Origin: Candidatus Microgenomates bacterium
GTDB lineage: Bacteria; Patescibacteriota; Microgenomatia; JACQLA01
Length of the DNA stretch: 64,000 bases
Assembly (NCBI GenBank): GCA_016204255.1
Contig: JACQLA010000005.1
Coordinates: 4,339 to 68,338 of the forward strand
Direction: 5' to 3'
Below, one piece after another: positions 30,968 to 41,023 of this stretch (its first letter is position 1; each line of letters opens with the position of its first letter). The notes under the pieces were generated by a model that was not told the origin of the DNA, ran no database searches, and saw nothing but the letters and a program-made list of their open reading frames with translations. The position numbers were made by a program, and so were the translations under genes.

Positions 30968-31146
30968 GATGCTTTTTTCACTCCCGGTAGTTCCCCTTTA
31001 TGAGCTAACTCCCTAAAACAAAGTCGACAAAGACCAAACCGGCGGATAAACCCTCGTGATCTGCCACAGAGCTGACATCGGTTGTGTCCGCGGACGGAAA
31101 ATTTTTGTGCTTTTTTAAATTTGACAATATCTGAAACTTTAGCCAT
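30961..31146 (-). CDS. rpsN: 30S ribosomal protein S14, zinc-binding type Z
   Basis: 61 aa with a CxxC…CxxC arrangement (CQLCGR…CRLCFRE). Confidence 0.95.
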   Translation of the reverse strand: MAKVSDIVKFKKAQKFSVRGHNRCQLCGRSRGFIRRFGLCRLCFRELAHKGELPGVKKASW

Positions 31147-31165
31147 ATATTTTATTTTACTTTAA

Positions 31166-31705
31166 TTAACTTTTTTTAAACGGCATCCCTAAAAGTTCTA
31201 AAAGCCGTCTTCCCTGTTCATTATTTTTAGCTGTTGTCACAATAGTAATCTCTAGCCCTCTGATTTTATCAATTTTACTATAATCTATCTCCGGAAAAAT
31301 AATCTGCTCGTTAATCCCCAAATTGTAATTTCCGCGTCCATCAAAAGAATCGCGATCCAAACCTCTAAAGTCTCTTACTCGAGGCAAAACTATATGAATT
31401 AATTTTCCGAAAAAATCAAACATTCTTTTCCCTCTAAGTGTAACCGACAAACCGATAGTATCCCCGACACTCAGCTTAAATCCGGCGATAGCCACTTTAG
31501 CTTTATTAACTTTCGGTTTTTGGCCGGAAATAGTCGTTAGCTGCTCGGCTACGGTTTCTAATAGCTTTTTATCTTTAGCCGCTTCCTTAAGACCGATATT
31601 TAAAACAATTTTAACTAAACCCGGAACTGCCAGAGGATTTTTAATCCCCAGCTCCTGAGCAAGCTTGGTTTTTACTTCTTTTTGGTAAACGTCTTTCAAA
31701 TTCAT
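31166..31705 (-). CDS. rplE: 50S ribosomal protein L5
   Basis: ATG at 31705 forms an ATGA overlap with the rplX stop and is preceded by AGAGGA. Sequence is L5-like. Confidence 0.93.
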   Translation of the reverse strand: MNLKDVYQKEVKTKLAQELGIKNPLAVPGLVKIVLNIGLKEAAKDKKLLETVAEQLTTISGQKPKVNKAKVAIAGFKLSVGDTIGLSVTLRGKRMFDFFGKLIHIVLPRVRDFRGLDRDSFDGRGNYNLGINEQIIFPEIDYSKIDKIRGLEITIVTTAKNNEQGRRLLELLGMPFKKS

Positions 31706-32004
31706 AGTTCCTCTTTGCATTTACGGCAAATGCGTTTTTTTTGATCATCTATCTTATAACCAATTCTCGTTGGCTGACCACAATGTGAGCAAATAAGGGC
31801 GATATTGGCAACAGGCAGTGGTTTTGTAATATCAATAATGCCGCCGGGTTTCCCCTGACCACGAGTTTTCAGATGGCGTTTATACATATTTACACCCGCC
31901 ACCAAAACTTTATCCTCGCGGGGAAAGATTTTTTCGATTTTCCCCTTTTTACTCTTATCTCTTCCGAGAGTAACAATTATTTCATCGCCTTTTTTAAACT
32001 TCAT
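31702..32004 (-). CDS. rplX: 50S ribosomal protein L24 (KOW domain plus CxxC…CxxC tail)
   Basis: MKFKKGDEIIVTLGRDKSKKGKI forms the KOW domain. The C-terminal part contains CSHCG…CRKC. Confidence 0.93.
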   Translation of the reverse strand: MKFKKGDEIIVTLGRDKSKKGKIEKIFPREDKVLVAGVNMYKRHLKTRGQGKPGGIIDITKPLPVANIALICSHCGQPTRIGYKIDDQKKRICRKCKEEL

Positions 32005-32013
32005 AGATTTCCC

Positions 32014-32388
32014 CTATAACACCTCAGGAGCCATACTAATGATTTTTGTAAATCCCGCATCTCTTAACTCTCGCGCTACGGGACCAAAGATTCTTGTTCC
32101 TCGAGGGTTTTTGTCCTTTGGATTATCAATTATTACTACTGCATTATCGTCAAAACGGATATAAGAACCATCCGGGCGCTTAAATTCTTTTTTTGTGCGC
32201 ACAACCACTGCTTTAACCAATTCTCCCTTTTTAACCATTCCGGTTGGCTGAGCACCCTTAACCACACAACCCACAATTTCGCCAAGGTGGGCAAATCGAC
32301 GTTTAGAACCACCATAGATGTGGATTAACATCAATCTTTGGGCTCCCGTATTATCTGCGACTTTAAGAATTGTCCGGTGTTGAACCAT
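32014..32388 (-). CDS. rplN: 50S ribosomal protein L14
   Basis: [16 protein letters not shown]… is typical of L14. Confidence 0.96.
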   Translation of the reverse strand: MVQHRTILKVADNTGAQRLMLIHIYGGSKRRFAHLGEIVGCVVKGAQPTGMVKKGELVKAVVVRTKKEFKRPDGSYIRFDDNAVVIIDNPKDKNPRGTRIFGPVARELRDAGFTKIISMAPEVL

Positions 32389-32392
32389 TTTT

Positions 32393-32632
32393 TTAACCTT
32401 TTTTCAAAACTTCTACCAATTTGAAATGTTTAGTGGCCGACATTGGCCGGGTTTCCGCAATTTTCACCCGATCGCCTATTTCAGCCTCCTGGTTTTCCCA
32501 TAAAACTTTATACCTTTTCGTTTTTCTCACCATTTTTTTATATAAAGGATGGGGTCGGCTCGAATCCACCTCGACAATGGCGGTTTTAGGTGTCTTTTTT
32601 GAAACAAGCTTCCCGATTAAAATTTTAGGCAT
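32393..32632 (-). CDS. rpsQ: 30S ribosomal protein S17
   Basis: [16 protein letters not shown]…HPLYKK… is typical of S17. Confidence 0.94.
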   Translation of the reverse strand: MPKILIGKLVSKKTPKTAIVEVDSSRPHPLYKKMVRKTKRYKVLWENQEAEIGDRVKIAETRPMSATKHFKLVEVLKKG

Positions 32633-32831
32633 TAATTATCTCCTTTTCACGAATTGTGGTTAAAATTCGTGCAATATCTTTTCGCAACAAAAAAATCTTA
32701 CGGACATTTTTTAACTTTTTAGTCGAAAGTTCCAGTTTTAAACTAAGCAATTCTTTTTTTCTTTCGCCAAGAAGAGCTTTTAATTCTATCAAATTTTTAC
32801 TTTTTAAATCTTTCAGTTCATTTTTTTTCAT
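32625..32831 (-). CDS. rpmC: 50S ribosomal protein L29
   Basis: 68 aa helical protein in the conserved position between rplP and rpsQ. Confidence 0.9.
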   Translation of the reverse strand: MKKNELKDLKSKNLIELKALLGERKKELLSLKLELSTKKLKNVRKIFLLRKDIARILTTIREKEIINA

Positions 32832-32840
32832 ATAGAATTT

Positions 32841-33248
32841 TTATTCACGACTAACAAAAGTTGTTGCAATTGGCAACTTATGCGAAGCTAACCTCATTGC
32901 TTCCTGAGCCGTTTCTTTGGTTATACCACCCATTTCAAAAATTATTCTTCCCGGACGAACTACCGCTACATAGTCCACTACATCTCCTTTACCTCCGCCC
33001 ATTCCAGTTTCCGCCGGTTTATGCGTTATAGGTTTATCGGGAAAAATTCGGATCCAAATTCTTCCTCCCCTCTTGGTGTAGTGAGTCATGGCGCGACGCG
33101 CGGCCTCAATTTGTCGACTACTAACCCAGCCTGATGTCTTTGCCTTAAGGGCATATTCACCAAAACTGATTTCAATTCCTCTTTGGGCTGAACCACGCAT
33201 CTTACCGCGGAATTGTTTTTTAAATTTTAATTTCTTTGGTGCCAACAT
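32841..33248 (-). CDS. rplP: 50S ribosomal protein L16
   Basis: [19 protein letters not shown]… and RMGGGKGDV-like GMGGGKGDV. Confidence 0.96.
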   Translation of the reverse strand: MLAPKKLKFKKQFRGKMRGSAQRGIEISFGEYALKAKTSGWVSSRQIEAARRAMTHYTKRGGRIWIRIFPDKPITHKPAETGMGGGKGDVVDYVAVVRPGRIIFEMGGITKETAQEAMRLASHKLPIATTFVSRE

Positions 33249-33256
33249 AATTAATT

Positions 33257-33898
33257 TTATGGTTTACAGATCCAGACCTTGACTCCGACATAACCTGATT
33301 TGGTTAAAGACGGGACGGCAGCAAAATCAATTTTTTCCCGAAGGGTCGTTAAGGGAACTCGACCCTCTTGATATTTTTCTCTTCTGGAGATGGTGGCGCC
33401 GGCAATTCTACCTGAGAGCATAATCCTTACGCCACTGGCGCCTGCCGCCATTACTTTTTCGATTGATTGCTTCACCGCTCTTTTATGGGGAATTCTTCTA
33501 ACCAATTGCTCAGCAATGTTACTTGCAACTAGCTGGGCATTCAAATTGGGCTCCTTAACCGGCTCAACTTTTAGATCCAGCTTTTGACCTCCCTTTTTAT
33601 CCTCCGCAACATTTATAATTTTCTTTAAGTAGTTTTTCAGTTCTTCCATTCCACTTCCACCGCGGCCGATAACTACACCCGGGCGGGAAACATGAATAAT
33701 AATTTCCACTTTATTTAAAAGTCTTTCAATTTCAATCTGGGCCACACCCGCCGTTTTTAGTCGCGACATTAAGACTTGGCGGATTTTTTTGTCTTCCAAA
33801 ACTAAATCACGATATTTCCCCTTCTGGGCGAACCAGCGGGAATCCCAATCATTAATAATGCCTAAACGAAAACCTCTTGGGTTTATCTTTTGTCCCAT
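33257..33898 (-). CDS. rpsC: 30S ribosomal protein S3
   Basis: [14 protein letters not shown]… with a KH domain. Confidence 0.96.
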   Translation of the reverse strand: MGQKINPRGFRLGIINDWDSRWFAQKGKYRDLVLEDKKIRQVLMSRLKTAGVAQIEIERLLNKVEIIIHVSRPGVVIGRGGSGMEELKNYLKKIINVAEDKKGGQKLDLKVEPVKEPNLNAQLVASNIAEQLVRRIPHKRAVKQSIEKVMAAGASGVRIMLSGRIAGATISRREKYQEGRVPLTTLREKIDFAAVPSLTKSGYVGVKVWICKP

Positions 33899-34231
33899 TT
33901 AATCCTCCAAAATCACTCTAATATGGGCAGTCCTTTTCTTATACGGATGGGCTCTTCCTCTGGAAACCGGTTGCCAACGCTTAAAAGCGGGCCCAGTCGT
34001 AACTTCAATTGATTTAATTTTAAGATTATTCTCTTTAAGTTTGGCGTTCTCCGTTGCATTGGCAGTTGCTGATTTTATAATTTTAATTAAGGGTGTCGCC
34101 GCACTTTTAGTAATTAAGGCAAGCTTGGATAAAGCCTGACCCGGGGCTAAACCCCGTAATTGGTCCGCCACCAAAGCAAGCTTCCGCGGCGACATTCTAA
34201 CATATTTGCTTTCAGCCAAAACTTGTGTCAT
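33899..34231 (-). CDS. rplV: 50S ribosomal protein L22
   Basis: YVRMSPRKLALVADQLRG… is typical of L22. Confidence 0.94.
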   Translation of the reverse strand: MTQVLAESKYVRMSPRKLALVADQLRGLAPGQALSKLALITKSAATPLIKIIKSATANATENAKLKENNLKIKSIEVTTGPAFKRWQPVSRGRAHPYKKRTAHIRVILED

Positions 34232-34239
34232 AAAAATGC

Positions 34240-34524
34240 TTAAGTCTTTGAAATCTCCCGGGCCACAACTCGACCATGACCTTTAAAGGTTCTTGTTGGT
34301 GCAAATTCGCCTAAACGATGACCAACCATAGCCTCAGTTATTAAAACCGGGACATGAATGCGACCATTATGGATCATTAAGGTAAGGCCAACAAACTCCG
34401 GGGGAATCTGAGAAGATCTAGCCCAAGTTTTAATCGGCTCTTTTTTTCCAGTTTGGCTCATGTTTTGAACCTTTTTTAAAAGTTTGGGGTCAATATATGG
34501 ACCCTTTTTTACACTTCTACTCAT
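34240..34524 (-). CDS. rpsS: 30S ribosomal protein S19
   Basis: Start at [18 protein letters not shown] (ATG 34524). The track's 54-codon upstream extension overlaps rplB and is rejected. Confidence 0.94.
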   Translation of the reverse strand: MSRSVKKGPYIDPKLLKKVQNMSQTGKKEPIKTWARSSQIPPEFVGLTLMIHNGRIHVPVLITEAMVGHRLGEFAPTRTFKGHGRVVAREISKT

Positions 34525-34525
34525 A

Positions 34526-35266
34526 TTATTTTTTTCTTTTAACAATATATTTATTCGAATATTTATTTTTCTTCCGGGTTTTTTTACCCATGGTCGGCTT
34601 GCCCCAAGGCGTTTTCGGCGAAGGCATCCCCACGCCAGAGCGTCCCTCACCGCCACCATGAGGATGGGAGGCGGGATGTTGGGCAACCCCTCGAACAGTC
34701 GGGCGAATTCCCATTAAGCGCTTTCTGCCGGCTTTGCCAATTTTAACATTTTTCCAATCAAGATTACCCACTTGCCCAACGGTTGCCAAACATTTTCCTA
34801 AAACTTTCCTCACCTCGCCTGACGGAAGCTTAAGATGAACAAAATTATCCTCATAGGCTGCCACTGTAGCATAAGTCCCTGCGCTACGGATAATTTGTCC
34901 GCCCTTGCCCGGTGCTAATTCAATGTTGTGTACTAAAGTACCCACCGGAATATTGATAAGTCTTAAGGTGTTCCCGGTCTTAACCTCTGCTTTATCTCCG
35001 CTAACTATCTCATCACCCACCTTAAGACCTTCCGGGCGAAGGATATAGCGTCTTTCACCATCGGCGTATTGAACTAAAGCCACATCAGCCGTACGATTAG
35101 GATCGTATTCAACCGCAATCACCTGAGCCGGTAAATTGAATTTATCCCTCTTCCAATCAATTAGCCGCAAAAATCGTTTTTGGCGGCCTCCCTGATGACG
35201 CATACTGACATGACCCTGTGAATCTCGCCCTGATTTTTTTGGTAGAATTCTTTTTAAGTGTTTCAT
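34526..35266 (-). CDS. rplB: 50S ribosomal protein L2 (short N-terminus)
   Basis: [23 protein letters not shown] and the C-terminal HPHGGGEGR. Only 246 aa. Confidence 0.94.
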   Translation of the reverse strand: MKHLKRILPKKSGRDSQGHVSMRHQGGRQKRFLRLIDWKRDKFNLPAQVIAVEYDPNRTADVALVQYADGERRYILRPEGLKVGDEIVSGDKAEVKTGNTLRLINIPVGTLVHNIELAPGKGGQIIRSAGTYATVAAYEDNFVHLKLPSGEVRKVLGKCLATVGQVGNLDWKNVKIGKAGRKRLMGIRPTVRGVAQHPASHPHGGGEGRSGVGMPSPKTPWGKPTMGKKTRKKNKYSNKYIVKRKK

Positions 35267-35274
35267 TTTAAATC

Positions 35275-35568
35275 TTACTGAGTAACTTCAAAAAGGCTAA
35301 TTTTTTGATCGGGTTTTAGGCGGACAATCGCCTTTTTCCATGGGCTTTGCTTCACCTCGGCCCGACGCCGTCCCACTTTTTTGGTTTTACCCTTCATAAT
35401 GACCGTTTTTACGGCCAAAACATTAACTTTAAACTGATCTTCAACTGCTTTTTTAATTTCCTTTTTATTGGCTTCTTTTACCACAACAAATGTGTACCAA
35501 CCTAAAGAAGCGATTTGCAAAGATTTTTCCGTAATGACTGGTTTAGTTAAAATTTGATCTTTTTTCAT
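35275..35568 (-). CDS. rplW: 50S ribosomal protein L23
   Basis: [11 protein letters not shown]… is typical of L23. Confidence 0.93.
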   Translation of the reverse strand: MKKDQILTKPVITEKSLQIASLGWYTFVVVKEANKKEIKKAVEDQFKVNVLAVKTVIMKGKTKKVGRRRAEVKQSPWKKAIVRLKPDQKISLFEVTQ

Positions 35569-36293
35569 TGTTTAGCCGTATTTTTTTTGACTGCCTTTTT
35601 TTCTTCACTATTTCCTTTTTCCGGAAGAAAAGTTTTCTCAATTTCAGGCAAAGCATCTTTTAAAAAAATTATTTTCTTATGACTTAATATCTGGTAGGGA
35701 TTTAAAAGAGCCGCTTGCGTTAAGGTTGCCCCCTCGATATTTCTGGCGGCTTTCATTAGATTCTCGATTTTTTTCGGCAAAACTAGTAAAACTTTTGCCT
35801 TTGGCGTCTCAAGTTTCAAATTTTTGAAAATCTTTACCATTTCCGCGGTCTTTGGCTTAATAGCTTCAAGTCCTTCAATAGCGAAAAGCGCCTTTTCTTC
35901 AAATTTATCTGACAGGGCACTAAAAAGGGCTCTTCGACGCATTTTTTTAGACATCTTCAGTTCAAAATCACGCGGTTGGGGGCCATGGGCAATCCCACCA
36001 CCAACAAAAATTGGGGCGGTGGCTGCTCCATGCCGGGCACGACCCGTACCTTTTTGAGCGTACATTTTTTTAGTTGTGCCACGCACTTGACCACGAGTCT
36101 TTGTTGACTGGGTCCCCTGTCTTTGATTAACTAAATAAACCCTGATTGCCTGAGCGATTAGTTTCGGATTAATCTTGGCACCAAAAATTTCTTTGGCCAA
36201 AGTTACTTTCCCTACAACTTTACCCTCAAGATCTAAAAGGTCCAGTTCCGGCGATTTTATTTTTTCTTCTTTCGGACTAACTTTTCTTGGCAT
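35565..36293 (-). CDS. rplD: 50S ribosomal protein L4
   Basis: QKGTGRARHGA… and FVGGGIAHGP. Has a lysine-rich C-terminal extension. Confidence 0.94.
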   Translation of the reverse strand: MPRKVSPKEEKIKSPELDLLDLEGKVVGKVTLAKEIFGAKINPKLIAQAIRVYLVNQRQGTQSTKTRGQVRGTTKKMYAQKGTGRARHGAATAPIFVGGGIAHGPQPRDFELKMSKKMRRRALFSALSDKFEEKALFAIEGLEAIKPKTAEMVKIFKNLKLETPKAKVLLVLPKKIENLMKAARNIEGATLTQAALLNPYQILSHKKIIFLKDALPEIEKTFLPEKGNSEEKKAVKKNTAKQ

Positions 36294-36297
36294 ATTA

Positions 36298-36927
36298 CTA
36301 ACCCACTTTTCTGATCAAAATCAAGGAATTTTTGGCTCCCGGAACAAGACCGGTTAAAACCAAACTGTTTTTTTCCTCGTCCACTGATAAAACGCTAAGA
36401 TTTTTAATTGTAATCTGATCTCCACCCATTCTTCCCGCCATCTTTTTTCCTTTATAAACTCTGCCCGGAGTGGTTCCGGAGCCAATAGACCCTGGTGCGC
36501 GCTCGCGATCGGATTGACCGTGAGTTCTCGGACCGCCATGAAAACCCCACTTTTTAACTCCACCGGCAAAGCCTTTTCCTTTGGAAATTCCTACAACTTC
36601 AACCACATCACCTGGGTTAAAAACTTCTCCGACCTTAATAGAATCACCAGGCTTTAGCTTGTCAATTGCTGTCTCTTCAATTCTCACTTCCCGCAAAAAA
36701 CGCGGCGCTTCCACACCTGCCTTTTTCGCTCTTTGAGTTTCTGTTTTGTTAAGGTGCTTTTTTTTACCAAAACCAATCTGAATAGCCGTATAATGATCTT
36801 TTTTATCCGTTTTTATTTGCAATATCGGACAAGGACCGGCCTCAATTATTGTTACCGGTAAACGCTTACCTTCCTGGGTAAACTTTTGGCTTTGCCTAAT
36901 TTTTTTTCCCAAAATTGTATTTATCAT
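36298..36927 (-). CDS. rplC: 50S ribosomal protein L3
   Basis: GKGFAGGVKKWGFHGGPRTHGQSDRERAPGSIG. Confidence 0.95.
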   Translation of the reverse strand: MINTILGKKIRQSQKFTQEGKRLPVTIIEAGPCPILQIKTDKKDHYTAIQIGFGKKKHLNKTETQRAKKAGVEAPRFLREVRIEETAIDKLKPGDSIKVGEVFNPGDVVEVVGISKGKGFAGGVKKWGFHGGPRTHGQSDRERAPGSIGSGTTPGRVYKGKKMAGRMGGDQITIKNLSVLSVDEEKNSLVLTGLVPGAKNSLILIRKVG

Positions 36928-36930
36928 CTT

Positions 36931-36958
36931 AAAATCAAAAATGGCCCCGGTTGGGGCC
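36931..36958 (-). terminator. intrinsic-terminator-like hairpin between rpsJ and rplC
   Basis: The minus-strand transcript reads GGCCCC-AACC-GGGGCC followed by AUUUUUGAUUUU, ending 3 nt before the rplC ATG. Confidence 0.5.
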
Positions 36959-37074
36959 TTTTAATCTCCCACCCATCCGTTAAAAACTTTTAAAAAATCG
37001 TTCTCATCTTCAAAAGGATTTTAACAAATCTCACCACCATTTTCAATTCGGCCCACCCTAATATGATTGGGGTT

Positions 37075-37383
37075 TTACATTTTAATTTCGACGTCAACAC
37101 CGGCCGGAAGCTCTAAATGCATTAGCGAGTCAATTGTTTTATCTGTCGGCTCCACGATATCGATCAGTCTTTTATGCGTTCTTATTTCAAAATGTTCTCT
37201 GGAATCCTTGTCGGTAAATGGCGAGCGCTGAACGGCGATTAGACTCCTTTTAGTCGGCAAGGGAATAGGCCCCACGACACGAGCTCCGGTCCGAATGGCC
37301 GTATCAAGTATTTGTTGACAGCACCCATCGATGATGCGTGCGTCATAAGCTTTTAAACGTACGCGAATTCTACCTTTTGGCAT
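37075..37383 (-). CDS. rpsJ: 30S ribosomal protein S10
   Basis: IRVRLKAYD…PLPTKRS…[23 protein letters not shown]. Confidence 0.96.
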   Translation of the reverse strand: MPKGRIRVRLKAYDARIIDGCCQQILDTAIRTGARVVGPIPLPTKRSLIAVQRSPFTDKDSREHFEIRTHKRLIDIVEPTDKTIDSLMHLELPAGVDVEIKM

Positions 37384-37452
37384 CTAATAAACCCTATTAC
37401 TCTTCCTCGCTAGGCAGCCAGAATACTCTAATTAGTATTAGACAGTTGACAA

Positions 37453-38667
37453 TTAGCTAATGATCTTTGAGATCGCTCCGGCGCCGACGGTATGCCCTCC
37501 CTCACGGATAGCAAACCGCAAACCTTCTTCCATAGCGACCGGCGCAATCAACTTGATTTTCATTTTGGTATTATCACCCGGCATAACCATCTCAACACCT
37601 TCGGGCAAGGTCACCTCGCCCGTTACGTCCGTTGTACGAACATAAAATTGAGGACGGTAACCAGTGAAGAATGGGGTATGACGACCGCCTTCTTCTTTGG
37701 TCAGAATATAAACCTCTGCCTCAAATTCTTTATGAGGTTTAATCGTTCCGGGCTTGGCCAAAACCTGACCGCGCTCCACTTGTTCTTTTTCAACTCCTCG
37801 AAGAAGGATTCCGACATTATCGCCGGCCTGACCTTCATCAAGTTGCTTATGGAACATTTCCACACCCGTAACAATCGTTTTTTGAGTGTCTTTAATACCA
37901 ACTATTTCTATTTCCTCACCAACCTTAATTTTCCCCCGTTCAATTCTTCCGGTAACCACGGTTCCGCGGCCCTTGATTGAGAAAACATCTTCAACTGACA
38001 TCAAAAAGGGCTTTTCTAGCGGACGCTCGGGTGTTGGAATATATTCATCGACCTTATCCATTAAGGCCATTATCTGACCGCACCATTGACAATCTCTTTT
38101 ACCACATCCACATTCCAAAGCCTTAAGAGCTGATCCCCGAATTAAAGGAATGTCTTTACCGGGAAATTGGTACTTATCCAAAAGTTCCCGAACTTCCATC
38201 TCAACCAAATCCAAAAGCTCTTTATCATCAACCATGTCGACTTTGTTTAAAAAGACTACCATGGCCGGCACGTTGACTTGACGAGCCAAAAGAATGTGCT
38301 CTCGAGTCTGTGGCATTGGGCCGTCAGGAGCCGAAACCACCAAGATGGCTCCATCCATTTGGGCCGCGCCGGTAATCATGTTTTTGATGTAGTCGGCGTG
38401 TCCAGGACAGTCAATATGGGCGTAATGACGCTTTTCCGTCTCATATTCAAGGTGAGAAATAGCGATGGTAACGCCTCTTTCTTTTTCCTCAGGAGCGTTA
38501 TCGATATCAAAAAAGCCCATCGCCTTAGTTGAACTACCAGGCTGTTTTGATAAAACAGTGGTAATGGCTGCGGAAAGAGTAGTTTTTCCGTGGTCAACGT
38601 GACCAATGGTTCCAATATTAACGTGTGGCTTAGTTCGTTCGAACTTTTTTTTGGCTTCTTCTGCCAT
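37453..38667 (-). CDS. tuf: elongation factor Tu
   Basis: [24 protein letters not shown] and overall EF-Tu sequence. Contains an unusual Cys-rich insert. Confidence 0.97.
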   Translation of the reverse strand: MAEEAKKKFERTKPHVNIGTIGHVDHGKTTLSAAITTVLSKQPGSSTKAMGFFDIDNAPEEKERGVTIAISHLEYETEKRHYAHIDCPGHADYIKNMITGAAQMDGAILVVSAPDGPMPQTREHILLARQVNVPAMVVFLNKVDMVDDKELLDLVEMEVRELLDKYQFPGKDIPLIRGSALKALECGCGKRDCQWCGQIMALMDKVDEYIPTPERPLEKPFLMSVEDVFSIKGRGTVVTGRIERGKIKVGEEIEIVGIKDTQKTIVTGVEMFHKQLDEGQAGDNVGILLRGVEKEQVERGQVLAKPGTIKPHKEFEAEVYILTKEEGGRHTPFFTGYRPQFYVRTTDVTGEVTLPEGVEMVMPGDNTKMKIKLIAPVAMEEGLRFAIREGGHTVGAGAISKIIS

Positions 38668-38697
38668 AATTTACCTCCAAATATTTTTAATTAGTAA

Positions 38698-40803
38698 TTA
38701 ATTTGTTTTTGCTCCAAGTTTATCTTTGTTAATAATTTGTTCTTGAACATTTTTAGGAACTTCCTCATAATGAGAAGGTTCCATATAAAAACTGGCTCTT
38801 CCTTGCGTAATACTTCTCAAAGCTGTGGCGTAGCCCGACATTTCCGCCAGAGGCACCATAGCTGTAATTACTGTTGCATGACCCCTTTTCTCCGTTCCTA
38901 AAATTTGTCCCCTTTTGGCCGAAAGATCGCCGATGATATCTCCCATAAATTCCTCAGGCGTTGTTACCTCAATCTTCATGATCGGTTCAAGAAGGGTCAG
39001 ATCCGCTTTCCGAACCGCGGCCTGCAGAGCCTGGGAACCGGCAATTTTAAAGGCAATATCTGAGGAGTCAACCTCATGATAGCTACCGTCATATAGAGTT
39101 ACCTTCATATCTGTTAATGGGTATCCGGCCAAAACCCCACCATCCATCGCTTCTTTAACTCCTTTTTCGGTTGGCGGAATAAATTCCGCCGGGATTGACG
39201 CACCTTTAATGGCATTGACAAATTCATAACCCTCGCCGCGACCTTTAGGTTCAACCCGAAGAAAACAGTGTCCGTATTGACCGCGACCGCCGGATTGGCG
39301 AATATACTTACCTTCGGCTTCAGCCAATTTTTTAATAGTTTCCTTATAAGCTACTTGCGGGGCACCAACATTAGCCTCAACTTTAAATTCCCGAAACATC
39401 CGGTCAACCAAAATCTCAAGATGCAGTTCGCCCATCCCGGCAATAATTGTTTGCCCGGTCTCATGGTTGGTTTTAATTTTAAAGGTTGGGTCCTCTTCAA
39501 CTAATTTTTGGAGGGCATAACCCATTTTTTCTTGATCAGCTTTAGTTTTGGGCTCAATCGCCAAAGAAATAACCGGATCCGGAAATTTAATCGACTCCAA
39601 GATAATTGGCGCATTTTGGTCACATAGGGTATCGCCGGTGGCGGTTTCTTTCAAACCCACGACGGCAATAATTTCACCTGCTTTAGCTTCAGTAAGCTCT
39701 TCTCTATGATCAGCATGCATCAGAAGCAAACGTCCAACGCGCTCCTGATGTCTTTTTATCGAATTAAAGCAATAAGAACCAGATTTTAAAGTGCCAGAAT
39801 AAACCCGCACGTAGGTTAATTTTCCAACGTGTGGGTCAACTTGAATCTTAAAGGCGAGGGCTGAGAATGGGCCGTCTACTTTGGCCTCACGCTTTTCCTC
39901 CTCACCTGTTTTTGGATTATAGCCAGAAACCGCAGCGATGTCAAGCGGAGAAGGCAAAAAATCAACGATGGCATCAAGCAGGGGTTGAACTCCTTTATTA
40001 CGCAGGGATGAACCGCAGTAGATAGGTACAAGTTTATATTCGACCGTTGCTTTTCTTAAACCCCTTTTAAGTTCTTCTATTTCTAACTCCTCACCGTTTA
40101 AATATTTTTCCAGAAGCTTATCATCGGTTTCACAAATTTGTTCAATTAATTTATGGCGATATTCTTCAACATCCTTTTTCAAATCCTCAGGAATCTCGTC
40201 GCTTACCTCAAATTTAGCACCCAGTTGATCACTACCCCAAATCATAGCTTTTCGGGTTAAAAGATCGACTGCGCCCTTGAATTCCTGTTCCCGGCCGATC
40301 GGCAAGGTCATAATCGCGGGATGGGCACCCAAACGATCGCGAATCATCTGAACGGTGTTTAAAAAGTCCGCCCCGATTTTGTCCATTTTATTAACAAAAC
40401 AGATACGAGGGATATGATAGCGGTCGGCCTGATGCCAGACCGTTTCCGATTGCGACTGAACGCCTTCTTCAGCGTCCAAAACCGTTACGCCGCCGTCCAA
40501 AACGCGCAATGACCTTTCAACTTCAGCGGTAAAATCAACGTGTCCCGGAGTATCGATAATGTTAATGCGGTGATCTTTCCAATAAGTAGTAGTGGCCGCG
40601 GAAACGATGGTGATTCCACGCTCCCGTTCCTGAGCCATCCAGTCCATAACGGTTGTCCCCTCGTCAATGTCACCGATTTTGTAAGTTTTACCGGTGTAAA
40701 AAAGGATGCGCTCGGTAGTTGTCGTTTTACCTGCGTCAATATGGGCTATAATGCCGATGTTTCTGATTTTTTCTAATGGATATTCTTTTTTAATGTCTGC
40801 CAT
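38698..40803 (-). CDS. fusA: elongation factor G
   Basis: Start at [28 protein letters not shown] (ATG 40803, SD AAGGGG). The track's 19-codon extension is rejected. Confidence 0.96.
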   Translation of the reverse strand: MADIKKEYPLEKIRNIGIIAHIDAGKTTTTERILFYTGKTYKIGDIDEGTTVMDWMAQERERGITIVSAATTTYWKDHRINIIDTPGHVDFTAEVERSLRVLDGGVTVLDAEEGVQSQSETVWHQADRYHIPRICFVNKMDKIGADFLNTVQMIRDRLGAHPAIMTLPIGREQEFKGAVDLLTRKAMIWGSDQLGAKFEVSDEIPEDLKKDVEEYRHKLIEQICETDDKLLEKYLNGEELEIEELKRGLRKATVEYKLVPIYCGSSLRNKGVQPLLDAIVDFLPSPLDIAAVSGYNPKTGEEEKREAKVDGPFSALAFKIQVDPHVGKLTYVRVYSGTLKSGSYCFNSIKRHQERVGRLLLMHADHREELTEAKAGEIIAVVGLKETATGDTLCDQNAPIILESIKFPDPVISLAIEPKTKADQEKMGYALQKLVEEDPTFKIKTNHETGQTIIAGMGELHLEILVDRMFREFKVEANVGAPQVAYKETIKKLAEAEGKYIRQSGGRGQYGHCFLRVEPKGRGEGYEFVNAIKGASIPAEFIPPTEKGVKEAMDGGVLAGYPLTDMKVTLYDGSYHEVDSSDIAFKIAGSQALQAAVRKADLTLLEPIMKIEVTTPEEFMGDIIGDLSAKRGQILGTEKRGHATVITAMVPLAEMSGYATALRSITQGRASFYMEPSHYEEVPKNVQEQIINKDKLGAKTN

Positions 40804-40812
40804 TTTCCCCTT

Positions 40813-40836
40813 AAAAAAACTTCCCTTTATGGGAAG
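40813..40836 (-). terminator. terminator-like hairpin plus U7 directly upstream of the fusA SD
   Basis: The minus-strand transcript reads CUUCCC-AUAAA-GGGAAG-UUUUUUU-AAGGGGAAA-AUG. Confidence 0.45.
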
Positions 40837-41023
40837 CAATTTTAAACAAAATTTAACCAAGCTTCCCGGTTAAGTTTTTTCCTGCCCCCTCAATATTAAC
40901 AACAAACCTTTTGTCGTTAACATAAATTTATAATATTATAACATACTCTCATGCTAGCCTTTTACCATCTGAAATGAACAAACGCCTTTAGGCAGGAACT
41001 ACCGTAATCTTTTACTCTAAAAA

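Noticed and set aside
34525-34686. N-terminal extensions in the ORF track for rpsS, and likewise for rpsG to 41620, fusA to 40860, the MiaB-like gene to 12946, rplE to 31720 and hup to 16718
   Set aside because: The extensions overlap the preceding conserved genes or their SD sequences. The canonical protein N-termini begin at internal ATGs with proper SDs.
37492-37980. 162-aa ORF on the + strand inside tuf, and similar ORFs at 37460-37645, 37886-38077 and 38278-38532
   Set aside because: These are antisense shadows of a highly conserved, confidently identified EF-Tu gene. They have no SD and a low-complexity translation.
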